Shown here one piece after another: positions 49,626 through 63,397 of a stretch of 64,000 bases of DNA. A model generated the notes under the pieces. That model was not told the origin of the DNA, did no database searches, and saw nothing but the letters and a program-made list of their open reading frames with translations. Location of the stretch: NCBI GenBank assembly GCA_951406725.2, contig OX597822.1, forward strand, positions 68,448,001-68,512,000, given 5' to 3'. The stretch is from Octopus vulgaris. Its lineage: Eukaryota. The position numbers and the translations under genes were made by a program. How positions within the stretch are numbered: position 1 is the first letter of the stretch; each line of letters opens with the position of its first letter.

Positions 49626-49789
49626 ATGCAAGAGTGGCTGTGTGGTAAGTAGCTTGCTTACTAATCACATAGTTCCAGGTACAGTCCTACTCAGTGGCAC
49701 CTTAGGCAAGTGTCTTCTACTATAGCCTCGGGCTGACCAAAGCCTTATGAGTGGATTTGGTAGGTGGAAACTGAAATAAGCCTGTCATA

Positions 49790-49836
<47 letters not shown>

Positions 49837-50075
49837 ATGTATGTATGTGTGTGTGTGTGTGTATATGTTTGTGGGTCTGTGTTTGTCCGCCCAGCACTAC
49901 TTGACAACTGATGCTGGTGTGTTTACGTACCTGTAACTTAGCGGTTTGGCAAAAAGAGACCGATAGAATAAGTACTATGCTTACAAAGAATAAGTCCTGG
50001 GGTCGATTTGCTCGACTAAAGGTGGTGCTCCAGCTTGGCCACAGTCAAATGACTAAAACAAGTAAAAGAGAAAGA
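49626..50075 (+). mobile_element. SINE family A, full length
   Basis: Family match. Confidence 0.87.
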
Positions 50076-50574
50076 AGGCAGTATATTCTTTTCTACTCTA
50101 GGCACAAGGCCCGAAACTTTCGGGGAGGGGGCCAGTACTTAATTTATCAACCCTGAAAGGATGAAAGACAAAGTCGACCTCGGTGGAATTTGAACTCAGA
50201 ACATAAAGACAGATGAAATACTGCTAAGCATTTCGCCTGATGTGCTAACATTTCTGCCAGACGAAGGCAGTATATTTCAACAAAAATATGGCAACAAATG
50301 TGTTAAGTATCACATGAAAATACTGACAATAAGAGAGAGAAGAAAAAGATTGAAATCTCAATAGCCTTGGACATGTAATCTAACAAATTAGCAGAACAAT
50401 TAAACAGAGATAAATGACTTAAAATTCAAACACTGGATCATTAAACTGCTGATTATTTTATTGATTAGGTTTGTATTTGTTTTGATGAAGACTAGAATTG
50501 ATAACAGTCTTCTCAATGACAAAATGCAGATCTCAGAAATTGCAGATATGTATTCTTTCTTTTATTCTTTCAAT

Positions 50575-50786
50575 TTGCCTCAGTCATTTGATTGTGGCCA
50601 TGCTGGAGCACTGCCTTTAGTCGAGCAAATCGACCCCCAGGACTAATTCTTTGTAAGCCTAGTACTTATTCTATTGGTCTCTCTTGCCGAACCGCTAGGT
50701 GATGGGGACGTAAACACACCAGCATCGGTTGTCAAGCGATGTTGGGGGGACAAACACAGACACACAAACATATACATACACACATA

Positions 50787-50841
<55 letters not shown>

Positions 50842-50998
50842 AGCTTCTTTCAGTTTCTGTCTACTAAATCTGCTCATAAGGCTTTGGTCGACCCGAGGCT
50901 ATAGTAGAAGACACTTGCCTGAGGTGCCACACAGTGGGACCGAACCCGGAACCATGTGGTTGGTAAGCTAGCTACTGACCACACAGCCACTCCTGCAC
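50575..50998 (-). mobile_element. SINE family A, full length
   Basis: Reverse-complement family match. Confidence 0.87.
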
Positions 50999-51636
50999 CT
51001 ATATATTATAATTTTAACAATTGTCAATTTATGATTAGTAACAGTGTTTAAAAAAAAAAGACTTAATTAGTGATTATTTTGAAAGAAAGGAAAAAAAACT
51101 ATTTTCTATAATAAGAAGAGGTCATTAAAAAGAAAAAAAAACATATGAAAAAACCTTGCATGGCAAATAGGTTTAGGCATGGCTGTGTGCTGAATGAGCT
51201 TGCTTTGCAAGCATCTGATTGCAGGTTCAGTCCCACTGTGCAGCACCTTGGGCAAGTTTCTTCTACCAATCACCCAGGACTGACCAATGCCTTGTGAGTG
51301 AACTCAGTAGACAGAAACTGTGTGGTAGACCATTGTGTATGTGTATATACATGCCACCAGCAACAGCTACGATTACAATTCCACGACAAACATGGCACCT
51401 GTGAAATTGTAGTCGTGGCTGTTGTTGGTGTCATGTAAACGGCGCCTGTGCCAGTAGAATGTAGAAAAGCACCCATTACATTATTGGAGTGGTTGGTGTT
51501 AGGAAAGGCATCTAGCCATAGAAGCCAGGACAAATCAGACTGGAATCTGGTGCAGCTTTCCGGCTTAACAGTTTCAGTCAAACGGTTTAACCCATGCCAG
51601 CATGGAAAGCAGATGTTAAATGATGATGATGATGAT

Positions 51637-52225
51637 CATCATCATCATTTAACGTCTGCTTTTCATGCTAGCATGGGTTGGATGATTTGACTGAGGACTG
51701 CCAAACCAGATAGCAGCACCAGGCTCCAATCTGATCTGGCAGAGTTTCTACAGCTGGATGCCCTTCCTAACGCCAACCACTCCGAGAGTGTAGTGGGTGC
51801 TTTTACATGCCACCGGCACAAGAGCTAGTCAGGCAGTATTGGCAACAGCCACACTCAAATGGTGTTTTTTACATGCCACCTGCACTGGCAATGACCTCGC
51901 TTGAATGCTTTTTCACATGCCACCAGCACAAGTGTCAGTAAGGCAATGCTGGTAACGATCATGCTCGACTGGTGCTTTTTATGTGCCACCGGCACGGAAG
52001 CCAGTTTGCTGCTCTGGCAACAATCATTCTTGGATGGTGCTCTTAGCGCTCCACTAGCACAGATGCCAGTCATCAAATTTGATTTCGATTTCACTTGTCT
52101 CAACAGGTCTTCGCAAGTAGAGTTTAGTGTCCAATGAAGGAAAGGTATGCATAAGTTTCACCCCTGGCATAGGCGACGAGGTCATGGTCTTACTTGGCTT
52201 GCCGGGTCTTCTCAAGCACAGCATG
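51637..52225 (-). mobile_element. RTE-like LINE 3' end (ORF C-terminal remnant AVLEKTRQAK*, 3' UTR with internal repeats, (GAT)n tail)
   Basis: Minus strand begins GCTGTGCTTGAGAAGACCCGGCAAGCCAAGTAA, has repeated gtggcatgtaaaaagcacc units and ggttggcgttaggaagggcatccagctgtagaaa, and ends gttaaatgatgatg. Confidence 0.65.
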
Positions 52226-53253
52226 ATATATGAATATATACATACACACGCACGTGTGTGTGAGTTTTACCACCACCACTCCACTTGATAACTACTGTTG
52301 GTTTGTCTACATCCCCCACAACTTAGCAGTTTGGTAAAAAAAAAAAATGATAGAATAAGTAACGGATTAAAAAAAAAAAGTACTAAGGTCGATTCATTCA
52401 ACTAAATCTTAGAATTAATGCTGTAATGCAGCAATAAGTCTGTTCAAAGAAAAGTTAATGTGAGTTGCTACTCAGATTTTTTTTTAGTTCCCAATCCTTT
52501 TTTTAATTCATTCCGTCATCAGACCATGTTTTATTACAGTTATCCGAAAGCTTAGATAAAACACTGGTTTCAAATTTTAGTGTAAGACCTGCAAGTTCAA
52601 AGGAGAAGGTAAGTCAATTACATCAACCCCAGTTCTTAAAAAGTCCTTATTTTATTGACCCTGAAAAGATGAAAGATTAAGCTGACCTCGGTGGAATTTG
52701 AACTAAGAACATAAAGACAGACAAAATGCTGCTAAGCATTTTGTCTGGTGCAGTAATGATTCTGCCAGCTCACCACTCTTAGCTTGGATAAAATATTGAT
52801 TTCCAGAGGTATAAGGTCACACACTTTGGGAGACAATGTGCACAAATAATGAATTCTTTTATTCGACTGATTATTTATTTTACTGAAAATAAATTGACAG
52901 AATCAGCAAAACATCAGACATAATGCCTGCAGTACCATATTTCATAGCAAATAAGGAACACTTTTTTTCAAACAAATGTCTAAAATAAATAAACAACTTG
53001 CTTCCTCTATCTTTTACCTTTTGTTTCAGTCACTTGACTGTGGCCATGTTGGGGCACCACCTAGAAGAATTTGGTCAAACAATTCATCACTTGAATTTAC
53101 CACCCCCCTTTTGTTTTTTCTTTTTTAAAGCTTGGTATTTACTGCATCAGTCGCTTTTGCTGAACCGCTAAGCTACAGTAGTGTAAACACACCAGCACTG
53201 GTTGTCCAGTGATGCTGGGGGACAAACACAGACACACAAACTTATACACATAC

Positions 53254-53299
<46 letters not shown>

Positions 53300-53305
53300 G
53301 TATCA

Positions 53306-53685
53306 GGCGCAGGAGTGGCTGTGTGGTAAGTAGCTTGCTTACCAACCACATGATTCCGGGTTCAGTCCCACTGCGTGGCATGTTGGGCAAGTGTCTTCTA
53401 CTATAGCCTCGGGCCGACCAAAGCCTTGTGAGTGGATTTGGTAGACGGAAACTGAAAGAAGCCCACTGTATATATATACATATATGTGTGTATGTGTTTG
53501 TTCCCCTAGCATTGCTTGACAACCGATGCTGGTGTATTTACGTCGCCATCACTTAGCAGTTCGGCAAAAGAGACCGATAGAATAAGTACTGGGCTTACAA
53601 AGAATAAGTCCTGGAGTTGATTTGCTCGACTAAAGGTGGTGCTCCAGCATGGCCGCAGTCAAATGACTGAAACAAGTAAAAGAGT
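53306..53685 (+). mobile_element. SINE family A (tRNA head + CORE-like domain + internal microsatellite + AAAAGAGT tail), near-consensus copy
   Basis: Box A is TGGCTGTGTGG and box B is GGTTCAGTCCC. These are followed by TTGGGCAAGTGTCTT, (TA)n(TG)n and the tail ccagcatggccgcagtcaaatgactgaaacaagtaaaagag. About 30 related copies occur in the window. Confidence 0.9.
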
Positions 53686-53876
53686 ATATATATATATCTA
53701 TACACATACATACACACACACTGCAATTTTGCTCAGCTTGATGTATCTTTTTCTGAAGCACAACATAATAATGCCAAAGGTTTTGGTCATTGCCTCCATG
53801 CAACCACTTTGCAAATTCTGTTAATCTGCCTTGACAAAATATCGGTAAAAGCTCTATAACAAACTAATTTTTCTTT

Positions 53877-54125
53877 TTAACCCTTTAGCACTGAGGTTGC
53901 TCTATCAAATGTAATGCTTATTTATTCATGCTGCTTTGAATTAATCATGCATTATCACTGTAGCTTTGAAATTTTGATCATCTGGTTATATATATCTTTA
54001 GAATGATATTTTAAGGTAGGATTTAGGGGGCTGGGTCTAGCCAGCTGAAACATAAAAACAAATAGAATATCTGGGACCAGATAAAGACAGTTTGAACTTT
54101 TAGAATTCAGATTACTCTGTCAAAG
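53877..54125. mobile_element. piggyBac-type MITE, diverged
   Basis: Starts TTAACCCTTTAGCA and is homologous to 63398-63626. A second left-end fragment lies at ~54095-54125. Confidence 0.65.
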
Positions 54126-54344
54126 GCAATAGACAGAATGGAAAGGATTAGAGTGGAAAGAGAGAAAGAAAGAATTATTCTGATTAATTTTGAGTTTGGA
54201 TCAAGGATACTGCTGAATCTAACAATAAAATAACATACTAACACACACACACACCGTTATGATGATGATATCAGAGATGGTGCCAACAGTAAAGATGATG
54301 GTGGTAATATTTCAAATGTCAATATAGTTTCGATACACTCAGAC

Positions 54345-54745
54345 ACAGATGTGGTTGTGTAAGAAGTTTGCTTTCCAACCACATGGTCTTGGGTTCAACC
54401 CTACTGTGAAGCACCTTGTGAGTAGATTTGGTAGAAATAAACTGAAGATAGACCTATCCTGTGTAGTAGGAACATATGTAAGTGTGTGTAAGTATATGTG
54501 TTTGTGTGTGTGTTCATTTGTGTGTACCCTTACCCGGACATCGTGTGATGTTTGTAAATAAGCCTCATCATCATACAAGCGAGGTTTGTCTTCGGTCTTC
54601 ATTGAGAAATGCATCTGGCCATGGGGGAAATATTACCTTGCTTGGGAATAGGTGAGAGTTGGCAACAAGAAGGACATCAACCCAAGGAAAATCTGCCTCA
54701 ATAAATTCCGTCCAACCCATGAAAAACATGCAAAAGTGGACCCCA
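54345..54745 (+). mobile_element. SINE family A'
   Basis: Head plus alternative body (catacaagc, ggggaaatattaccttgcttgg, ggttggcaacaagaagg). Confidence 0.7.
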
Positions 54746-55451
54746 AGGGTGTGATCAAGACAACTACTGGTACCACCGCAATAGTTTTAAACTGGGTGAG
54801 TGTGAAGAGAGAAAAATGATGAAGTCTTACAATAAATGTAATAATTGACAAAGGAATGGATATTTTTCAAACTTAGTGAATAAGGCTACATACAACCATC
54901 TCTTTGTCACAGGACCAGTTTAAGATCCATAGAGACCAAACAGTAAGATGGAAAATAATTCTTTCTTTTTTGTTTTTGTATACTTTCACTTTCTATTTGG
55001 AAAGGTTTTTCCTACTTTTTTTAACTGCAAAGTCATAAATCAGATCCTCACTATGACACCATGAGCACTTCAAAAATCTATTTCTGACTGTATAAACCAA
55101 TTTGATTATTATTTTAGCAAGTTTAAAGTGACTTTTTTTGTGCTGTAGACCATTTACCATTTCTGTGGTGCCTCTCTTTACTTGATGCCCTAAGCACATG
55201 CTTATTTTGCTTAATGGTTAACCCAGTGTTGCTTTGTCATCACCAAGACTATGCTAGATGGCCAAGCCAACTGACAGTGGTCAGCAACTTGCCACAGAAG
55301 CTTAACCCATTAGTGCCTAAATTTTTTTTATCTGATTTATTACCAAAAATCTCTTTCTATACAACTTTATCTGATACTAAATATATAAAAGAATTTTTAT
55401 TACAATATTTGAAAGACACTTCAGTCATGATGACTAACCAAAGATATTTCA

Positions 55452-55680
55452 GAGCTCGCAGAAATGTTAGCATGCTGGGCGAAATGCTTAGCGGTATTTC
55501 GACTGTCTTTACGTTCTGGGTTCAAATTCCGCCGAGGTCGTCTTTGCCTTTCATCCTTTCGGGGTCGATAAATTAAGTACCAGTTACGCACTGGGGTCAA
55601 TGTAATCGACTTAATCCCTTTGTCTGTCCTTGTTTGTCCCCTCTATGTTTAGCTCCTTGTGGGCAATAAAGAAATAAGAA
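55452..55680 (+). mobile_element. SINE family B, tail type 1
   Basis: Near-identical to 63035-63265; a further copy lies at 57241-57470. Confidence 0.85.
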
Positions 55681-56734
55681 AAATACAGGTGTTGCAGAAA
55701 TATGATGGATTATCCTTCTGGTCCTAAAAAAAGGACCATGTGTGCTAATTGGTTAATTATGGCCAGGTCACTTAGGCTTCAACAAACCAATCATTTGTGC
55801 AATAATGTAATTAATTTCAAAATATCAATTTATATTTTATTTACTTAATTTTTTTTAAAGCATTAGTGCTTAGCATGGGTTTTATAACAACAAATGGATT
55901 ATAGACAAATATTGTCCAGATGATCTGATAATATGTCCTGCAATAAAGTGTCAGTTTATTACAGGAAACATCACCAGGTAATCAGGTACATATTCCAAAC
56001 AGGTTGCTGAGGCAATGAAGAATATATATTCTGTTCCTGAACATAAAGTAAAATGCCTGCTGTGTGACTGAATTCTTGACCTATGAACAGGTAGTTTGGT
56101 ATCTTATCAACATGGTTAATCTTTCATCTAATTGAATGGCCCCATACTGTGAGTAGCAGCAGTATTTGTAAAACTGAGTTTCATAAACCTATACTTCTCA
56201 GTTGGGACTGCTCCTCTTGTAGTTTTTAGAAACATATTAAAAATGATGTTCTTTTCTACTCTAGGCACAAGGCCCAAATTTTTGAGGGAGGGGGGCAGTT
56301 TGGTAGAATGGTGGTTGTATTTGAGGATACCAGTTCTCAGACATCATCACAGGAATAGTCATTCATTTAGAAGTTGACCCCACTATGCAACTGGTACTTA
56401 ATTTATTGACCCTTGAAAGGATGAAAGGCAAAGTTGACCTCAGCAGAATACACATAAATACATATTCTTTTCTACTCTAGACACAAGGCCCGAAATATTT
56501 GGGGAGGGGGCCAGTCGATTAGATTGACCCCAGTATGCAACTGGTACTTAATTCATTGACCCCAGAAAGGATGAAAGGCAAAGTCAACCTCAGTGGAATC
56601 TGAACTCAGAACATAAAGACAGACGAATATTAAAACAAATGATATTAATACTGTTCCTGCATCTCATCATATCAGCAGCACAACCACAACCATTAGAGAG
56701 TAGACTAAAACAAAAATTAATTGTAAAAATGTAG

Positions 56735-57220
56735 GACCAGGCATGGTTGTATGTTTAATAAGCTTGCTTTGCAACCATGTGGTTTGGGGTTCAGTCCCAC
56801 TGTGCAGCACTTTGAGCAAGCATCTTTTACTATGAATCAAGGGTCGAATCAATGTTTTTTTCCCACCTTGGGCAAGTGTCTTCTACTGTAGGACCAGGCC
56901 AACTAAAGCCTCATGAGTGAATTTGAGAGACAGAATCTGGAAGAAGTATATCATGTATATATACACTCACACACACATGTGTGTTTGTTTGTGTGTGTGT
57001 GTGTGTTTGTCTTGAGATTGCAGGATAGTTGAGTGTCATTGTCATACAAGCTGTGTTATTCATTTTCAATATTCTGAGGAAACATGTCTGGTCATAGGGA
57101 AAATAGTACTTAGCTTGGAAAGAGGTGATGGTTGGCGAGAGGAAGAGCATTCAGCCCTAGGAAAAATCTGTCTCAATAAGCTCTGTTCAGCCCATGTAAG
57201 CATGGGAAAAAGGACACTGA
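56735..57220 (+). mobile_element. SINE family A' with partly duplicated head
   Basis: The ttg(a/g)gcaag...tacta segment occurs twice, followed by the alternative body. Confidence 0.7.
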
Positions 57221-57481
57221 AACAAGGATAAATATATATATGGCGAGCTGGAAGAATTATTAGCACACCGGGTGAAATGCTTGGCAGTATTTCATCTGCC
57301 GTTATGTCCTGAGTTCAAATTCTGCTGATGTCGATTTTGTCTTTCATCCTTTCGGGGATCGGTTAAATAAGTACCAGTTACGCACTGGTGTTGATGTAAT
57401 CGATTTAATCCCTTTGACTGTACTTGTTTGTCCCCTCTATGTTTAGCCCCTTGTGGGCAATAAAGAAATAAATATATATAA

Positions 57482-57862
57482 GGTACAGGCATGGCTGTTT
57501 GGTAAGAAGCTTGCTTCCCAATCACATGGCTCTGGGTTCAGTCTCACTGCATGGCAACTTGGGAAAGTGTCTTCTACTATAGTCTTGGGCTGACCAAAAC
57601 CTTGTGAGTGGATTTGATAGATGGAAACTGAACGAAGCCCATTACATATATGTGTGTGTCTTTGTGTCTGTGATTGTCCCCTCATCATCACTTGACAACC
57701 GATGTTGGTGTGTTTACATCCCAGTAACTTAGCAGTTCAGCAAAAGAGACCAATAGAATAAGTACTAGGGATTGATTTCTTCGACTAAAAAAAAAAAAAA
57801 CCCTTAAAGGCAGTGCTCCTGCATGGCCACATTCAAATGACTGAAACAAGTAAAAGAATAAA
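57482..57862 (+). mobile_element. SINE family A, full length
   Basis: Family match. Confidence 0.85.
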
Positions 57863-58419
57863 AGGGTATAATATATACATGGTTAGAAAGAGAATTTGGG
57901 AAATCTGGGTGAATAACTCAGTCAGGACTCTTGCAAAATCCCTAGTAACAAGAATTATAGAAAAGGACAAAAAAGAAAAAAAAAACCATCCAGTAAACCC
58001 TATATTAACTGCTTTGTTAATAATGATAGTGAGAAAACCTGTCAGGTTTATTATTAATATTGCATGGATTTACATTTTTAAAAGTTCATATACAGTATAA
58101 GATTCAATATGTTGATTGTTATAACAACTCTGCCAGTTTATAGAATCAAAACATTTCATTTCCTGTTGTCCCAGTCAACTCAGCAGGCAAAAAAGAGCAT
58201 TCCTGCTATGGATCAGCACCCTGTCCAGTGGGGAATATGTATATATGACTCATAAACCAAGGAACTGGCCCTATGAGTCTGAACTTGTAGTGAAGTAAAT
58301 GAGGACCAAATTTCTTACACACATAACCTTATATGTATATAATATATACACACGTACATGCACACACACACATATATATATATACATACACACACACACG
58401 CATGCATATATATTCTTTT

Positions 58420-58594
58420 ATTCTTTTACTTGCTTCAGTCATTTGACTGTGGCCATGCTGGAGCACCACCTTCAGTCAAACAAATTGACCCCCAGGACTT
58501 ATTCTTTGTAAGCCTAGTACTTATTTTATCAGTCTCGTTTACCAAACCACTAAGTCATGGGGATGTCAATCAATGGCCGGGAACAAACACAGAC

Positions 58595-58635
<41 letters not shown>

Positions 58636-58792
58636 CAGACTTCTTTCCATTTCTGTCTACCAAATCCACTCCTAAGTCTTTGGTCGGGCTGAGGCTATGG
58701 TAGAAGACACTTGCACAAGGTGCCACACAGTGGGACTGCACCCAGAACCATGTGGTTGGTAAACAAGCTACTTACCACATACCCATGCCTGC
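58420..58792 (-). mobile_element. SINE family A, near full length
   Basis: Reverse-complement family match. Confidence 0.85.
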
Positions 58793-58884
58793 ATCTTACA
58801 AAAAAAAAAAAGAAAAAGGGTCATATTGAAAAATGTACTCCTAGATGTGGTTTAAAAGGAACAATGATCCTGAGTGAAAAACCT

Positions 58885-59012
58885 CTCGGTTTATTTCCTC
58901 GTGTTCCTTTCTGTTGAAAGAATATAGGCTCAAAATGCAAAAGACTTTCTCACTTTCCTGAGTATCAAACTAATACACCTGTCTTCATCTGTTTTTCTGT
59001 AAATTTCAATTA
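58885..59012 (+). mobile_element. Decayed relative of the 20958-21167 hammerhead element
   Basis: Reads cttt CTGTTGA aagaatatagGCTC AAAATG ca aaag ... ttcctgagtatcaaactaatac. It aligns by eye with 21031-21105, and the key differences are CpG-decay type. Confidence 0.4.
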
Positions 59013-59246
59013 TAAATACACACACACACACAATGGTCTTCCTTCAGTTTCTGTCTACCAAATCCATTCACAAAGCTTTGGTCAGCGCAAGGCTCAAGTA
59101 GAAGACACTTGCCCAAGATGCTACTCAGTGGGATTGAACCCAGAACCATGTGGCTGGGAATCAAACCTCTTACCACACAACTACACCTGTCCCTATATAT
59201 AAATAATGAATACATATTTAATATATAAATAGTACTTATGTATGGT

Positions 59247-59752
59247 GGAGGCGCAATGGCCCAGTGGTAAGGGCAGTGGACTCGCGATCGTAGGATCACA
59301 GTTTCGATTCCCAGACCGAGTATTGTGCGTGTTTATTGAGCAAAACACCTAAAGCTCCACGAGGCCCCTCAGGGGGTGGTGGTGAACCCTGCTGTACTCT
59401 TTCACCACAACGTTCTCTCATTCTTTCTTCCTGTTTCTGTTGTACCAGTATTTCAAAGAGCCAGCTTTGTCACACTCTGTGTCACACTGAATCTCCCCGC
59501 GAACTACGTTAAGGGTACACGTGTCTGTGGAGTGCTCGGCCACTTGCATGTTAATAAATGAGGTGCGATGTCACTGGTGCCAAGCTGTATCAGCCCTCAC
59601 CTTTCCCTTGGATAACATCGGTGACGTGGAGAGGGGAGGCTGGTATGTGTGGGCGACTGCTGGTCTTCCATAAACAATCTTGCCCAGACCTGTGCCATAG
59701 AGGGTAACTTTCTATGTGCAATCCCGTAGTCACTCATGACCAAAGGGGGTCA
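59247..59752 (+). mobile_element. tRNA-derived SINE, family C
   Basis: Head is GGAGGCGCAATGGCCCAGTGGTAAGGGCAGTGGACTCGCGATC..TTCGATTCCC. The middle block 59450-59552 is shared with 5990-6230. Confidence 0.7.
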
Positions 59753-60947
59753 TAAAATAACAACTTAAGTATGGTGAATGCCTCATTTAGTCTTATCCTT
59801 GTACATTCTGTGTTCAAATCAGTCAAATATTGACTTTGATCAACTTGATCATCTATCACTCAGGATCAATTAAATGAAGCCCAGTAATATACTGATGTTA
59901 ATTCAATTAACTACACATGATTTCCTCCACAAAACTGAGAGCCACCTATCCACCTAATGAAAATTAGAAAAAATCTGTTAGCCATATCAAACTGTATTGA
60001 TTAGCTGTCTCACTTCCAGCTTAAGATAATTCAGAAAATTACAACAGAATCATTTTCTGGAACTTTTAAATTCTATCATGAATTGTTTTTAAAAGAAGAA
60101 AGAAACAGAAGAAAAACAAAAACAAAAACAAAAACCTACAACAATCAATAGAGACAAAAGGAAAAAAATGCACCAAGTGATATGGGCCTCTGAGAGAAAA
60201 AGTAGTTTTGCTTTCAAATTATTAATGGTTTGGCTGGAATTGTGTTAGTGGTCAATCAATCTAGTGGTCAAATCCATTTCCTTCTTCCTGATGGGAAGTG
60301 ATTAATTGAAAAAACTGCAGAACTGCAGACATTTAGAAAATATTATAGGTTCCCCCCGCCTTGCTTTTATTTCTTTCTTTCTTTGGCTTACCCACATTTC
60401 ACTGGTGCGACATTGTTTTGAGCAGAGAGGAAGCACCAAGATTTATACTGACAGCAGTGTTCAACTAAAAATGGTGAGGAGGATAATAACCAATATTATA
60501 TATACATACATACATACATAGAAGTGTGTGTATGCGTAATGTTTAGAGTTATTATTATTGATCGTCTTTGTATTTGGCAAAAGCATCGAAAGAGAAACAA
60601 TAGCAGCACCAGTGACGTTTGTGGAACACCAGACAAAACTTCAATTATCTACAGAGTTATAGATTTTGGCAAGAACCCTAAACATTTTGCACACAAGGAT
60701 TTCGCTGAGCTTCAGTTCCCCCACCTTCTCTCTACCCCTCCCTCCCAAACTCACTGTAAAAGGTGAAAGACAGAAAGCTGAAATATATAAATAAATATGG
60801 AATCTTCACATTTTCAATTAAAGGGGTACACTGGAAAAAAAAAAAAAAAGTGCACTTCCAAACTTTTAATCAGAATAAAGATCAAAACAGCAATATCCTC
60901 ATACTGGTACATACATTATCCAATACTGCAGGATTTGAGAACAGACT

Positions 60948-61410
60948 TATTTCTTTATTGGCCACAAGGAGCTAAACATAGAGGGGAAAAACAAGGACAG
61001 ACAAAGGGATTAAGTCGATTACATCAACCCCAGTGCGTAACTGGTACTTATTTTATTGATCCCAAAAGGATGAAAGGCAAAGTCGACATTGGCGGAATTT
61101 GAACTCAGAATGTAAAGGCAGATGAAATACCGATAAACATTTCGCCCAGCGTGCTAACGTTTCTGCCAGCTCGCCGCCCTTTTTTTCTTTTTTCATACTC
61201 GATGGAATTCTGTAGAGTTTCCTATTTCTTTATTACCCACAAGGGGCCAAACAAGGACAGACAAAGGGATTAATGCGATTACTTTGACCCCAGTGCATAA
61301 CTGGTACTTAATTTATCAACCCCGAAAGGATGAAAGGCAAAGTCGACCATGGCAGAATTTGAACTCAGAACATAACAGCAGACAAAATACTGCTAAGCAT
61401 TTCACCTGGC
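60948..61410 (-). mobile_element. Two tandem SINE family B copies, tail type 1
   Basis: Reverse-complement matches at 60948-61180 and 61222-61410. Confidence 0.83.
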
Positions 61411-61443
61411 TTATTTGATAAGAGACATGTGAATCCCCTACAC

Positions 61444-61612
61444 CAGTGTTTTTCAAACTGTGGTTCCTGACCCTCCAGTGGGTCATAAGATAAGCAAAAT
61501 GGATTACAACAAAAAAGAAAAGAAAAAAAAAATGCAAGTGAATGCAAAGTGCAGAATATAAACCAGTGTTTTTCAAACTGTGGGTCATGACAAAAAAGTT
61601 TGAAAAATGCTA
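61444..61612. mobile_element. Charlie-like MITE remnant with duplicated left end
   Basis: cagtgtttttcaaactgtgg occurs at 61444 and 61565; the right end is agtttgaaaaatgct. Confidence 0.55.
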
Positions 61613-62067
61613 GTCTATCCCATCATAGATACTGGTTATGGTAGAAGCCCCAAGGTGCTGTGTATTGGGATTGAACCCAGGATTGTGTGTTTACAGAATG
61701 ACCTTCTTAATCATACAGCCACTTCTGTGTCTAGATTCGATTCACCAGGATAGGAGAGAAATTGCTACTGCATCATTGCGCGTCGTTTGCTATGACAACA
61801 GATTATGCCAATGAGAAAGCATAGGTGCATGTATGTGCAAGTGCACACGTGTGCATCTAAGTGTAACAGGGGTGAGTGGGGGAATAGGTAGGTGGAGAGA
61901 AGAACAAAGAAAGGAAAGGAAAGGGAGAGAGAAAGAGTAAAAGGAGTGGGAGAAAGAAAGAGACAAATAGAAACACAAAGGGGGAGAGAAAGAGAGAGAG
62001 AAATATATGGCAGCCATAGGAAGAAAGGGCTTGAGACAGGAGGACAAATTGATTGAAAGACACATAC

Positions 62068-62450
62068 TCTCTTTTACTTGTTTCAGTCATTTGACTGTGA
62101 CCATGCTGGAGCACCGCCAGTAGTTGAGCAAATCGACTCTAGGACTTATTCTTTGTAAGCCTAGTGCTTATTCTATCGGTCTCTTTTGCCGAACAGCTAA
62201 GCTACGGGGACACAAACACACCAGTATCGGTTGTCAAGTTGTCAAGCAATGTTGGGGGACAAACACACACACACACACACACTTATATATATGACGTGCT
62301 GCTTTCAGTTTCTGCCTACCAAACCCACTCATAAAGCTTTGGTCAGCCCGAGGCTATAGTAGAAGACACTTGGCCAAGGTGCCACACAGTGGGAATGAAC
62401 CTGGAACCATGTGGTTGGTAAGCAAGCTACTTACCACGCAGCCACTCCTA
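62068..62450 (-). mobile_element. SINE family A, full length
   Basis: Reverse-complement family match. Confidence 0.87.
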
Positions 62451-62594
62451 CGACTGTTTATATTTCTCACATTTTTGCCCCCCAATTTCTTTAATAAATA
62501 AAAAGAATCGGCTAACGATAATAGGAAAATACCAGAATTTTTATTGAAGTAATTAAAAACACCTTTACCGCTTGTTCCTTAATCCTAACAGCTT

Positions 62595-63370
62595 AATTAT
62601 TGTCGTTTAGCCCCAGGTGAACCCCTGAATAAGGCCTATGATAAAATACATTCTAACCATGACTAGAGATAATTTTTTTCTGTCATAGCATATCTTGGAT
62701 TATATTATCCAATGTCCTTTTCTTCCTTTTTTTTTTTTTTTAAAGATAGAGGTATGGGGTTTATCTAGCAAGGTGTGATTTGAAGGAGACATGACTGATA
62801 TGTTTATAGACAAAACCCTACCAACAAGTTTCCTTATATTCTGCATAATACCTTATCTCACATAACTATTTATTTAACTCATAAGACTCCACAATCAATG
62901 CTCACAACATGGCAACTTTTTACAAGGTGGCTTGGACCTCTCAAGAGATAACAGCCAAATCCTTCTTCAAATAACACGTTACTGTCTTAAAAAAAAGGGA
63001 AGGACACATTGGATGAGATAGAACAAGATAATAAAGGTGGTGAGCTGGCAGAAACGTTAGCACGCCAGGCAAAATGCTTAGCGGTATTTCATCTGTCTTT
63101 ACGTTCTGAGTTCAAATTCCGCCGAGGTCAACTTTGCCTTTCATCCTTTCGGAGTTGATAAATTAAGTACCAGTTACGCACTTGGGTCGATGTAATCGAT
63201 TTAATCCGTTTGTCTGTTCTTGTTTGCCCCCTCTATGTTTAGCCCCTTGTGGGCAATAAAGAAAAAAGATAATAAATAAATAAAAAATAAACGGGATGTT
63301 CACAGCTGGAGTGCCTTTGATAATAGGGAGACTGAATCTGAATTAACTAGGGTTAAACAATACCAACAAC
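62595..63370. mobile_element. Two divergent copies of an old (CAA)n-tailed repeat (- ~62595-62800; + ~62920-63370, split by SINE B)
   Basis: The aaatagcagccaaatc and gggatggtcat..ggggctaaacaacaa motifs recur at ~22870-23042, 30690-30790 and 30836-31450. Confidence 0.45.
63035..63265 (+). mobile_element. SINE family B (Nin/Deu-like domain), tail type 1, full length
   Basis: Starts aggtggtgagctggcagaa, has box B-like gagttcaaattcc, core GCCTTTCATCCTTTCGG..GATAAATTAAGTACCAG and tail gccccttgtgggcaataaagaaa. Confidence 0.85.
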
Positions 63371-63397
63371 AGAAAGATCAACACCTAAGGATAAGGC

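Noticed and set aside
59247-59320. tRNA gene
   Set aside because: There is no closing acceptor stem or T-rich terminator, and the sequence continues into a repeat body shared with 5990-6230, so it is a SINE head.
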